A stretch of 64,000 nucleotides of DNA. Origin: Heteronotia binoei. Its lineage: Eukaryota. Below, piece after piece: positions 25,438 to 37,014 of this stretch. The position numbers and the translations under genes were made by a program. Numbering within the stretch: the first letter of the stretch is position 1; each line of letters starts with the position of its first letter. The DNA lies in NCBI RefSeq assembly GCF_032191835.1, contig NC_083230.1:99138001-99202000 (forward strand), written 5' to 3'. The notes below the pieces were generated by a model. The model worked only from the letters and a program-made list of their open reading frames with translations, was not told the DNA's origin and made no database searches.

Positions 25438-26961
25438 CTATTTTTATTGGGATTTTTAAAAATAAAAATTCATAATTTCTACACTTAAAATATGCTTCTT
25501 CCCTCCTCCGTTTTGTTCTCAGTGCTAGCCCATCACTTTAACTGGTACATTACACTAGTTCTCATCTCTACTTTTAAAGTAACCAACAAATGACCAATAT
25601 AATCAGCTAGTCTACCATTTTCTTCATGGAGCTCATGTATGGTTCTCCCTTATCTCCCATTCCCCCTCACAAAAAACCTTAAGTAAATTAGATTGGAACA
25701 CACAACACACTGACTGATCAGCAGTCACCCAAAGACCATTAAGGCAGAGTGGAGACTTGACCATGGGTTTAATAGTTCCTAGTGTGACACTCTTATCAAA
25801 ATATTACACTGGTTCTCGAGGGTTATATGAACAGCAAAACAAGTTTCCACATATGCATCACTAGTTGAATTGTGAAGGCATGCAAGCAAACAACAAAAAG
25901 GTGCATGTGCACTTTCCCTGCCCAATCCAGCAACTGGATAGCACATCCATTACAAATAATTACATATCAGTCAATCACTTGTTTAATTACACCTGCTTTC
26001 CAATCCATGCCAAGTAACTGTTCGACAAAATTCTAGTTGTGTATAGGACTGTGTGCACCCAGTCAGGGCTGCTGAGTGCTGCTTAGTTGGAGCAGAGCCA
26101 CTGAGAAGTTAAAAAAAAAAACTGGGACAAAGTTTACTTAAATCTGAGCTCTGTAAATTCACTACACCAGTAAGGGTGGTAGTGAGGGATTGTCACAGAT
26201 GGGGGGACTGCTGGAATGCCAAGGGTGCGGGGGTAGTTGTGAGGGAGTTGAGAGGTGGATGGAAGGACAGCAAGGGTGGGGGGAGTGAATGCCTTCATGT
26301 AGGTGGGTGACAGCAAGGGTGGGAGGCACTTGCCCAGAGCCTCTTTTTAGAGCCAGTTGTATTTTTCCACACAATGGTTCTTATTCCTAGTCTCCTGATA
26401 TTTTGTTGCAGACGTTTGTGATTGGACCCCTACCACATGGCAGTTGTTTTGTGACTGGCCTCCCTTCTCATGGCAGCCATTTTGTTATGGCACCTACTCT
26501 GCATTCTCTAAATTCCAAAATTATCTACAGGTTCTATGAGGCTCCTGTGTGAGAAGAATATATCGTGAACAACCTAAGCAGTCTTCCAAGAACAAACAAT
26601 TGTCTACAAATGTTCAGACAAGGACTCTAATAAAATAGTTATTTGGTGTATACAGCAATTTACCTTCATTATCTGTCATTAATACAACAACCCAGGGAGA
26701 TAGGTCATTATTATAAGTGACACAGAGAAGAAATGCATGCTGGAAAAGGCAATGTGTTGCTTAAAGCTGCCAAGCAAGTACATGACTCACTAGGGATATG
26801 ACCCTAAATGCCAAGACCCATATGAGACAGTTTATTTGTTGGGGAGTAGAAAAGACTGCCTAGGAGCATCAGAATGGCTGTCATCCTGTACACATTTTAC
26901 CAAAAGTAAGGACTTTTTCCATCCTAAATTTCTTCATGGGAGTTCCTGATTTTGATGCAAA

Positions 26962-27465
26962 TAGGGTTGCCAAGTCCAACTCAAGAAATATATGGAAACT
27001 TTGGGGGTGAAGCCAGGTGACTTTGACGGTGGAGCCAGGAGCAAGGGTGTGACAAGCATGATTGAACTCCAAAAGAGGTTCTGGTAATCACATTAAAAGA
27101 ACCATGCTCCTTTTAAATTCCTTCCTTCCATAGGAAATAATGGAGGAGGGGCACCTTATTTGGGGAATCGTAGAATTGGGCCTCCTGGTCCAATCATTTT
27201 GAAGCTTGGGGGGTGTTTTGAGGAGAGGCACTGGATGCTATGCTGAAAATTTGGTGCCTCTATCTCAAAAAACAGTCCCTCTGGAGCCCCAAACACCCAC
27301 AGATCAATTCTCCATTATACCCTATGGGAATCTATCTCCATAGGGTATAATGGAGTGCCCAGCAGCAATTTCCCTCCCCCCCCCTACTTTCTGATGACCC
27401 TGAAGCAGAGGGAAGGCCAGCAAACTGGAGGATCCCCTGCCTCCAACTGGGGATTGGCAACTCTA
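26962..27465. mobile_element. Long hAT-type non-autonomous element
   Basis: TAGGGTTGCCA...TGGCAACTCTA with TSD GATGCAAA / GGTGCAAA. Homologous to 50729-51392. Confidence 0.85.
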
Positions 27466-27474
27466 GGTGCAAAC

Positions 27475-27583
27475 CAGGGCATTTTTTTGAGCAGGAACAC
27501 ACAGGAATGCAGTTCCAGCTGGCTTGGCATCAGGGGGTGTGCAAATAAGTTCCTGCTGGGCTTTTTCTACCCAAAAACCCCTG
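27475..27583. mobile_element. Short hAT-type MITE inserted at the edge of the preceding element
   Basis: CAGGGC...CCCTG termini with a perfect 8-bp TSD GTGCAAAC. Confidence 0.85.
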
Positions 27584-27760
27584 GTGCAAACCCATATGCA
27601 GTGTGGAGTTTCCAACACCTGTTTGGCAGATTCCTGTATAGTTTAGAATGGTGTGTGGAGAGGGGGGAGTTTGAGCAGAAAAGTTCTCCAGAGGCATTGA
27701 TCTGTGTAGTCTGGAGATCAGTTGTAATTATGGGAGATTTATTATGAGTTTTCATCTTGC

Positions 27761-28880
27761 CCTAGGGTTGCCAGATACCTTCTGGCAACTGGCAGGGGAT
27801 GGTGGGGATTTACTGGGAGCAACAGGGAGGTCCATCCAATGCACAGAGACATGTCTGTGTCATTGCCCATGTGATCTAGAAGTGATGTCATCACATCCAG
27901 GACATCAGGGAGACATTCTGATATTTAGGCAAAAACTCTCTGGTAAATTTGGCTTCTGCCATAGAGTCTTTGCCCAAATACCAGAGCATCACCTTAATAT
28001 CCTGGATGTGACGGCATAACTTTCAGGTTATGTGGGCAATGATGTAGACATGTTGCATTGCCCCAACATCCTGGATGTGATGACATCAGTTCTGGTTCAT
28101 GTGGGCAATGATGTAGACACATTGCTGCACGTCGGATGTGTAAATTCCCCCCCACCAGCCAGCTGATCAGCAGCAGTATGTAGAGCCTGGCAGCGGAGTA
28201 TTCCTGTCTCCACCACGGGGTCTGTCAAACCCATCTTGCCCCCCTTTTTAGTTAAGGTTAACTTTTAGTTTTCAACTGGGAGAAGGAAGTTCTGATTTCA
28301 AGGCAAAGTTTATTATTACTAGGGGGTCAGTGGATAATGAAGCCACAAGGCTTATTAGGTTATTGAAACTGAAGTACTGAAACATGTAACCTTCGGTGGC
28401 AGTGGAATTAATAATTTTGAGATATTTCCTTATATTTAATAGCATTAAGAAACTGGTAATTTGTGAACTTCACATAAGATTACATTAGGATTGCCAAGTC
28501 ACGTGGACTTCACACACGAAGTGATGTCATCAAAGTGCCGTCATCAAAATGCCAGCGCGCGTGCAGGGCCGCTCTAGGGCTTTCCGGAAAGACTCTATGG
28601 TTTTCCCAGATGCTCTAGCCATTTGGGAGGTTAAATATGGTACCTATTGTATCACAGAGTTTTCCCTTCCAAATAGCTAGACAGTTCAGGAAAACCAGAG
28701 TTTTCCCAGAAATACCTAGAGTGGCCCCACACGGGCGCTGCCATTTTGATTACATCCATGTGATGTCATCATGCCAGCGATGTAGAGGGAGGTTCCCCCC
28801 GACAACCCAATGTGGGCCAGTGGGTTGGGAACCTCCCAGGCAGGGGATTCCCCACCCAGACTGGGGGCTTGGCAGCCCTA
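27761..28880. mobile_element. Two hAT-type MITEs of the TAGGGTTGCCA family (about 27761-28230 and 28486-28880)
   Basis: TAGGGTTGCCA and TAGGATTGCCA starts, TGGCAGCCCTA end, and the shared GTGATGTCATCA / ATAGAGTTTTCCC internal motifs. Confidence 0.65.
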
Positions 28881-29894
28881 GATTACACGGCCATCGTTTC
28901 TTGAGGAATAAGATTTAGGTTGCACAAAATGGTTTAGTCCTTTATATTAAAGTTATTTTAAGGCATTCCTCGTTCTGGTCATCCTTATCTGTGGCCCCAG
29001 AAATATTTCATCTTTGAAGCCACATTCTTATGGGGGGAGTGAAGAAATCTTTTCTTCTTGATATTTCTATCTCCCCCACTAAATGTGTTCCAAGCAATTT
29101 CTGGACAGGCTTTATTTCTTTGGAGGGAGAACTGATAGATCACTTAAAGCTCAGGATCTTTTCTCTATCCCATTGTCTGAACAAGGATTTTTTTCCAAAT
29201 CCTAGCTAGCTTTAGGAAGCAATGGTAATTAGTTACCTAGGAAACAAAATTGGTGTTCTCAGACTAGATCCTTAGAGAGCAAGTTCAAAGAGTTAGCAGC
29301 TTGGCTTGTTTATATGAACAATAAGGAGGCTTTGGGTTTCTGGCACTTACCTATTGATGGGTGTTGGAATTTTCAGGTATACCAAAATCAGTGCCATTAT
29401 TCCACCAGCAAAGCAAATGATAACCCCCTCCTTCTACTTGTACAGCAAATAAAGCATTGGTTCTTGAAGCATTAGTAGGTTTTTTTGGAGAAAAGGCAAT
29501 GCAACCACTAGCTGCTGTGAACTGGGTGTCTTTTATGCTACCTGGGTGCCGTGGGACATTTTAGTACTGACAACTGAAGGGACTCCAAAGTAACGAAGCC
29601 ACTGTGAGACTGCAAGAAAGTGATGCTATGACTTTTTTCCCCTCCATTTTTTTCCCCTTTATTGAGTCATTCTAGTTGAAGAAGTCTGACTGTCCCACCC
29701 TGTCACAGTATGATATTTTGGCTTTTGATCCAGCCCAGGAACCTGAGGGGAGAATCAGGAGCCTGCTTTAACTTAAACAACTTAAATGGCACTCGAGGCA
29801 TTTTGAAATTCAAAAATAAAAAAAAATAACATAGAGGGTAAAAGTCAGGTGAAATCAGGAGTTGAAATTTCTGAGGTATAAAAACTAGTACATG

Positions 29895-31640
29895 CAGACT
29901 TTATTTATTATTTATTTACTACATTAAATTTCTATCCCGCCCTCTCCACAAGCAGACTCAGGGCGGCTAACAACATTCATTTCACTAGTTAAAACCAAAA
30001 AAACCCCAATAAAACATATTTACAATTTTAAATTTTTAAAAAACATTTCATGGTGCTGTATCACTATAGTATACAATACAAGCGAGTTTTTCTTTCAAGA
30101 CGGTGATAACCTAGTACTCTATGGCCGTTTTCGCACTAGCGTTTGCTCCGGCGTAGCGCCCCATTTACCTCCGGATCTTCTCTTGGATTTCGCACATGTT
30201 GCTCCGGCGCTGCGCTTTGCTCCGGCGCTTCAGGGATTTTACGCCGGAGTATGTTTTTCAGCAAGTTGCCGGAGTTTCCGAAAACCTCCGGATCCACTCC
30301 GGATCCACTCAGCGGAGTTTCCTGTGCGAAATCCATCTACGCCGGATCGACTGCTTTGGGGGCGTCACCCTCTCCCTTTCCGTCCTCCCACCCCATCCAC
30401 CCGCTTGGCCAATCATCAGCCTTTCGCGGCGCTTCCCCAAAGTGCCGGCACGGCCATTTTTTTTTTTAAACTTCACAGTTTTGCGTAATAGCGATATTTC
30501 GAAATTAACAAATAGAAAAAAAAAAACCCCTCCTGGAATAGCCTCAATTGGCACTTCAATTGGTTTCGTTAGAATTTTTTTTTATTATTGACTTTAGTTG
30601 CGTTATTCCGCTGTTGCGTTATCTCGATAATGCGAAAACGACCATTGTTGGGGGGGGGGGAATGTAGTGCCGGTGCGGGCCAAAGCGTCCATGTGTGTGT
30701 GTTTTAAAAAGGGAATGCCTCCCTCAGCTGTGCCACCAGGATTTCTGGACCTGCACAAAATCGCCATGTATAAAATGGGAAGTTGGAGTCCTGCATTCTT
30801 CTCCCTGGCTACATTCCGCTCGGTTAGAAAGTAGACGCGAGCGAGCTCCTCACACGCGCCACAGAAGGGGAAGGAGAGAATGGAGCGGGGGGGGGAGCTC
30901 TGGCAGCAGGAATCAGTCAGGTCCCCATTGCAAGCGCCAGCCGGGGAGGGGAAAGAGAGCGGAGGAAATTTGGGGGGGGGATCTAGTGCTTCAGAATTTG
31001 GGGGGGGGGAATCTAGTGCTAGGATTCTCCACTGTGAATGCTTCCGTTAATACATAAAGGGCTGTGGAGGATTCTACAGCTGCAGCCAATCCATAAGCAG
31101 CAGCAGCACACGTGATGCGGTTTGTCCAAGAAAAGAAGGGGAGGGAACAGCTCGATGTTACATTAGTACGTTAGTACGTCATTACGCAACCAGACTTGCG
31201 CTTAAAAAAAAAATGATTGACAGGGCATCGGACTCAAGCCGATGCCAGTGGGAAAACGATTTGAGCCGGGGCTTCAGGGAAGGCGACTCCGCAAAGAGTC
31301 ACTAGTGGGAAAACGAGAAAAATGATCCGGACATAATTGCGCCGCGGAAAAAGGGGAGCAAACGCTAAGTGCGAAAACGGCCTATATGATGTCAGGAGGC
31401 AGCTCTCTCCCAGTTAGATATCAAAGGCCTGTCGAAACAATTCAGTCTTGCAGGCCCTGCAGAAAGTGGAAAGATCCCTCAGGGCCTTTACGGCCTCCGG
31501 GAGAGCATTCCACAATTCTAGTGCTGCCACCAAGAAGGCACTAGCTTGCGTTGAACGTAACCTAGCCTCCTTTGGTCCAGGGATGGACAATAGATTTTTT
31601 GTCTCTGAACACAGTGCTCTCTGGGGAATATGTGGAGAAA
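29895..31640 (-). mobile_element. L2-clade LINE 3' fragment split by the Harbinger-like element
   Basis: (TTTA)n tail and GGCTCAGGGCGGCT-like motif at about 29.9 kb. RT C-terminal sequence (GAGAGCATTCCACAATTCTAGTGCTGCCACC) at 31.4-31.6 kb. Confidence 0.7.
30123..31382. mobile_element. 1260-bp non-autonomous Harbinger/PIF-like DNA transposon
   Basis: TIRs GGCCGTTTTCGCACT(T)AGCGTTTGCTCC of about 28 bp, 3-bp TSD TAT (30120-22, 31383-85), CpG-rich, no transposase ORF. Confidence 0.85.
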
Positions 31641-32004
31641 GACTTAAGTTCTTATGTTTCAGGCTAATTCTTATGTTTCAGGCTAATGAGAGTTTCTTAA
31701 GCTATTCACAGTTACTTAAAATCTTTATGTTGAGAGACTTTTGTTAGGTTTAGGTTTATTTGATTTATATCCTGGCCTCCCCACTGAAGCAGGTTCAGGG
31801 TGGCTCACAAATTCATAATAAGACAACAATAAAACATTTAAATTAAAACATTAGATAAAAACAATTTGGTGCTAATTTCAATTTAAATACAATTCAAAGA
31901 TGGCATTCAGTAATCTTACAACCTTTCAGATCCATTCCAGTGTTTCCCCAAACACTTTAGTATACTTTCTAGTATACTCTGGTATACTTTCTTCGTGAAA
32001 TTTC

Positions 32005-32388
32005 CTTGGTGGTCTCCCATTCAAATACTTACCAGGGCTAACCCTGCTTAATTTCCAAGATCTGTTGATAGCAGGTTAGACTGGAATGTCCAGGTTAGGG
32101 CAAGATGGGTTACTTTTGTGTGTGTGTGTGTGTGTGTGTATTTTTGTATTAATTTTTGTATTTATATTTTAATGCACATGTGAGTGTGAGTGCGCACCTA
32201 GGTTATGGCAACCTCAAGTGACTGACCCCTACTGGTGACATGGAGGATATTCAGAGAGGTGGCTGAATAATGTCTACTTCTGCCTCCAAGCTCTGGTATT
32301 TCAAGGAGGTCTTCCATCCAAGTACTTGCTAGAGTCAGCCCTGATTAGCTTCCAAGATCTAACAAGGTCAGGCTTGCCTGGGCTATCC
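32005..32388 (-). mobile_element. Two 5S-derived SINE fragments flanking a (TG)n run
   Basis: GGTGGTCTCCCATTCAAATACTTACCAGGGCTAACCCTGCTTA (about 32008) and GGAGGTCTTCCATCCAAGTACT (about 32305) resemble 5S reverse complement. Confidence 0.75.
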
Positions 32389-34204
32389 ATATCACAGCTA
32401 AAATATTTTTTCACGGCAGAATTTTTACGAGGTGGTTTGCCATTGCCTTCCCCAGTCATACAAAGGTAGAAGACAGTTCCAATAGACTATGTACCTGGCC
32501 ACGGATTCTCTAGTAGCCTGCTATGGCATTTCATTTGGCCACATAGTCCCACCACTTGCAATTGGAAGCCCCGTAAAATAAGTATTACAAAGACAATACA
32601 TGTGAAGTACTCTTGGTTGATAACATCAACAGTAAAGAGCTATTGTTCCTTGAAGCAAAAAGCTGTCCTCATTCAAGAGGAGGAACACTTCAGATTTGAG
32701 AGAATAAGGGGGGAAACATTTTTATAGTACAAATACGACTATTCATCCTCCCCCCCCCCCCTCTAAAGCTGAAGCGCTCTGAAGGTGTATCCTACATAAT
32801 GGCTTGCAAATATAAGCAGCGTGCTACTGAAGGAACACATTGTGCCAGAAAAGCTGGGGCGGAGGGAAAAGCATGTGCTTAGAGCACAACTCAAGTGTAA
32901 AAATAGTACATTAGTCTAAATGGTGGTGTTTCACAGAAGTAGAACAAGCTGGACTGAACAGGGAACATCCATAGCAGTGTTAATATGTTTTTGAACACTA
33001 ACTTGTCTTATGCAAGTGGAAAGGGAAGGCAAATAAGTTCTCATGTCATTATGTTTAAGAAGCTGGCATCTTTTGTTGTTGTTGTTGTTGCTGTTTGTTT
33101 TTTGTGTTGGGGGAGTGGAAACTGCTTGGAGCTGACATTTTGTTCTGAAAATTACATGAATCCACCTGTGCAAGCTATTAAGCATCCTAGTCTTCAGTGC
33201 TAAACATTCAGGGACACAAGTATTCATAGTGCTAAGATGCTCATAATAAATGTCAGAAGAAAAAATGCTCCATCTTCTGCTAAATGGAAAAAACCCAGCT
33301 TTTAGTTTAGAATGCATACTTATTTTTGTCCTCCTCAATCAGAAATGTATTTTGATGTAGAATCACAGACCAATAGCGTAAGCCCTGTTCACAAATTACA
33401 TGCAATCCATGTACACCGTACACTATTGTATGTGCACTGAGTAATTCTCATGTTCCAGTGAACACATGTACAGCTGACCATGTGATACAAGCCCCACATT
33501 AATCCAGGTACTGGCCCCTGGTTTAATTTGTAAAGTGAATGTTCTTTTGCTCTTTATTACAAATAGATGTTCACACGTACAGGCAGGATGTACATGTGTT
33601 CACTGGAACATGTGACCAGGGTTTGGGTCTGCCATACTTCTTGGGCAAGAACCTGAATCTTCACTTTGCATGCAAAAGTTCTAGCTTCCATTAGCTTGTA
33701 AAGTATTACCGTATCTCTCTCATAATAAAGATTCCCCCCCCTTGAAAACTGTTTATTAATGTCTATAACAGATGAGTGCTGGAAGGATCAGAGTGTTGAG
33801 CAAGAGTTGGGAGAGCAATGGCTATGGAACAGAATAGCTATAGAAAGGATGTTCCCAGAGTATGAAGAACGGCTGCTAGAAGAAAAACTCTTGTTCAATG
33901 ACCCACAATGATGGGTTTTGAGAGGGTGCCAAAAATTATCCCACATAAAGGCACTCAACCACCCGATTTTCTGACTAAAGAGATGCTTATTTGCAACCAA
34001 CCACCATGAATGTATTGTAATTCAGGTGGGTAGCTGTGTTGGTCTGAAGCAGCAGAACAAAGTTTGAGTATTGTAACCCAAAAAATTATGGTCATATTTA
34101 GGGTCTATTCTGGACTGTACTTCCTCCCACAGCCCAGCTGTGGATTTTTATTCACCATTCCCAGTACTCTTGTTTGAGCGTTTAGGCAAGGGGATACTTT
34201 TGAG

Positions 34205-34383
34205 CCGGGCTTTTTCTGTAGCATGAATTCCTTTGCATATTAGACCACACATCCTGATGTAGCCCATCCTCCAAGAGTTTACAAAGCTCTTATTACAAGG
34301 CCTACTGTAAGCTTGGAGTATTGGCTACATCAGTGGGGTGTGGTCTTAGATGCAAAGAAGATCCTGCTGCAAAAAAATCCCTG
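34205..34383. mobile_element. Palindromic hAT-type MITE
   Basis: Same family as 2007 and 4175. Confidence 0.8.
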
Positions 34384-35082
34384 CATTTGAGTTTGTAGAA
34401 CACCAGTTTACAGCATTTAACCCAAAAGACAATGATACTGTTTAAAAGAAAAAATCTCAATGAACACACAAGAAATTCTAGAAAAGAAACTAATGCCTTT
34501 GTTAACACGATGCTCCACATGGGTGGAGAAAATCTTGAGGGGGGGGAACGCAAATGTGTGGTTTCCTCTGTTCTTGCAACAGAATGATGAGGGCACCAAA
34601 TATGGACCCACCACAGAGAATTGTGCGTGTTGTAGTCATTCTTTTTCTTAAGTGAGGACACAGTTAACAGAGTCTCGGATAACCATTTTGAGGATTGGGC
34701 AGGTTCACATGGAAGAAGATGGTCCTTAAGATGGGCAGGTCATGATCCATCTAGGCTTTAAAAGTGAGGACTACTTTCTACTAGTTTCCTAGCATGTAAT
34801 GCTAAGAAATTAATTAGCAGCCAATGCTAATAGGATATGCTCTTTAGCTTAGGGAGTTGCAGATCTCTATGGAGGTTTCATTACATTGAAGCTCTCTTTA
34901 GCTCTTTAGGTGAGCACGTGGTCAAAGGCTGCCTTCTCAGTTGAGAACTCTGTTTTCATAGACTCAGCACTCAGATGTGAGGGTGATCTGGCTGCGACAT
35001 CTGTCACCCCATTGATAGCCAAGGTTGATTTGGCTGATCTGGCTGGCTAGGCAGGTGTCCCCTACCACCCTCACCATTTAGT

Positions 35083-35338
35083 GTTGCCAGGTCAGGTAGG
35101 GCTTCCCCTACCTCAGAGGTTCCTAATCTGACGGCCCCCATTGGACCAGTGGGGGGATCCTCCCTCGACGTCACTGGTGCGATGACATCACTTGCAGTAA
35201 CACCATCATGCCAGCAATGTTGCATGCCGGCAACTCTAGCAGCTTCTGGGAAAACTCTATGGTTTTCCCAGACACTAGCAATTTGGGGGGGAACTCTATG
35301 GTACGTTAAAACTCTATGCAGGGGGACTTGGCAATCCT
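35083..35338. mobile_element. hAT-type MITE (TAGGGTTGCCA family)
   Basis: TAGTGTTGCCAGG...TGGCAATCCTA termini and the family core. Confidence 0.7.
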
Positions 35339-36394
35339 ATCACCATTCCATGTGCATCCCTCTCAAAGCTGCACACTCAGTGGAAGAAGACAACCATCCC
35401 AGATAGTACCATTCTTCAGTCAAGGGTAAATGTATGACTCAGCACTCAAAGAAAGAGAGAACTTCTCCCTGCTGCAAGGAGTTTTTATTACCTCCCTTTC
35501 CCCTCCTCCTGACCCAGTCAGGCCAGGTCAAGGAAGCTTTTCCTGATATTTCTACATGTTTCAACCATTGGCAAAGGGCTATAGATAAGGACAAAGTGAT
35601 AGAGTATAGAGAAGTTTAGGTCTGCTCTGTACCATCTCTTTGTATCCTTTTTAGTGTATCAAGGATTGCAGACTTGAGAAACAACATAATTATCAAAACA
35701 ATAAAAATCACTAAACCTGTATCAATCATGAACTATCAGCAACATTCAAATATTGATCACAGCAGGCAGGAGTCTGTGGCAAAGAGCAATAAATCCAGCA
35801 TAAATCTAAATAAAGCCTGGACAAACAAGAACATTTTCTACTGGCATCTGTAAAAAATGTATGTTTCTTACAAAAATATCTTATATATGTGTTATAGATC
35901 AGCCACCAATTTATGGATCAGCTATACATAAGCCACCAATCTTAAGCTTCAGTCATATGTCTATATCTAACACATTCTAAACAAGCTTATTTTTCAGCAG
36001 CCAGTAACAGGATTTATTTTCATAGTTAACTGCTTCTTTTGCAGAAGCTAGAATGGCAATATCCATAACGAGAGAAAGTTTATTCTCCAAACAAATGAGA
36101 ATGAGTAAAGTTCTTCCCATCAATAGTTCATATTTTGATGGCATGCTTTCTGCAGTTACTATAAAACAAAGCAGAGAAATTCTTATCTCCCGAGAAACTT
36201 TTTACTGCCTACACTTCCAAGGAGTGACTTGAGGTGATTAAAATCTAGTTTATTGTATTGCTTTATACTTCAGTCATAAAACGGGAAGTACTGTTGGGAG
36301 GGGTTTTTTCCCCTCACATAACTGGGTAGCCAGGTATATTGCTGAGCATGAGTGGGTTTTGAGTGCATGTGGGGAGAAGCAGCTACTAAACATA

Positions 36395-36551
36395 GGTCGT
36401 TTTCGCACTCACCTTCCGCCGGCGCGACCCCCCTCTTCACCGCGCAGGATCTGCACGGATTTCGCACTAAACGCTGCGGAGCAGCCAGAAAAGCCGGAAG
36501 CTCCCGGCGCAAAAGCCGCTCAAACTGAAACCGCCAAAAAGCGGTTTTGCC
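36395..36551. mobile_element. Half copy of a Harbinger-like palindromic MITE
   Basis: Colinear with the left half of 45817-46102. Confidence 0.8.
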
Positions 36552-36659
36552 TATGTGTCTTCCCATGGCTAGAAATAAGGCCCATGCTATATTCCATTGT
36601 GAGAGCTGGAGGTAGAAGGCAAAAGGTAGAAGGAGCTGGTAAGGAGAAACAAATATCAC

Positions 36660-36947
36660 CCTGCCAGTGTGATGTAGTGGTTAAGCATGCGAACTCTTAT
36701 CTGAGAGAATCGGGTTTGATTCCCCACCCCTCCACTTGCACCTGCTGGAATGGCCTTGGGTCAGCCATAGCTCTGGCAGAGGTTGTCCTTGAAAGGGTAG
36801 CTGCTGTGAGAGTCCTCTCAGCCCCACCCATTTCACAGGGTGTTTGTTGTGGGAGAAGAAGGTAAAGGAGATTGTAAGCTGCTCTGAGACTCTGAGATTT
36901 GGAGTGGAGGGTGGGATATAAATCCAATATCTTCTTCTTCTTCTTCT
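36660..36947 (+). mobile_element. Squam3-like tRNA-derived CORE SINE, full length, (TTC)n tail
   Basis: A/B-box head (GTAGTGGTTAAG...GGGTTTGATTCCCC), family body and simple-repeat tail. Confidence 0.9.
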
Positions 36948-37014
36948 TTGACTGCCCAGTCATTGGGGAATAAATTTTCTGTGCCCTTCAGAAACAGTTG
37001 ACATGGGCAACAGT

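Noticed and set aside
27990-28140. Tandem units of about 60 bp resembling a spacer/repeat array
   Set aside because: Two imperfect copies of an internal MITE segment with no unique spacers. Not CRISPR-like, and the DNA is eukaryotic.
29351-29609. Minus-strand exon-like segment (CTTTCTTGCAG acceptor, G|GTAAGTG donor)
   Set aside because: All three frames contain stops and such sites arise by chance. A lncRNA exon cannot be excluded, but nothing supports it without RNA data.
30136-31057. Several overlapping ORFs of 100-130 aa
   Set aside because: They lie inside the GC-rich non-autonomous element, overlap in several frames and have no transposase or Myb motifs.
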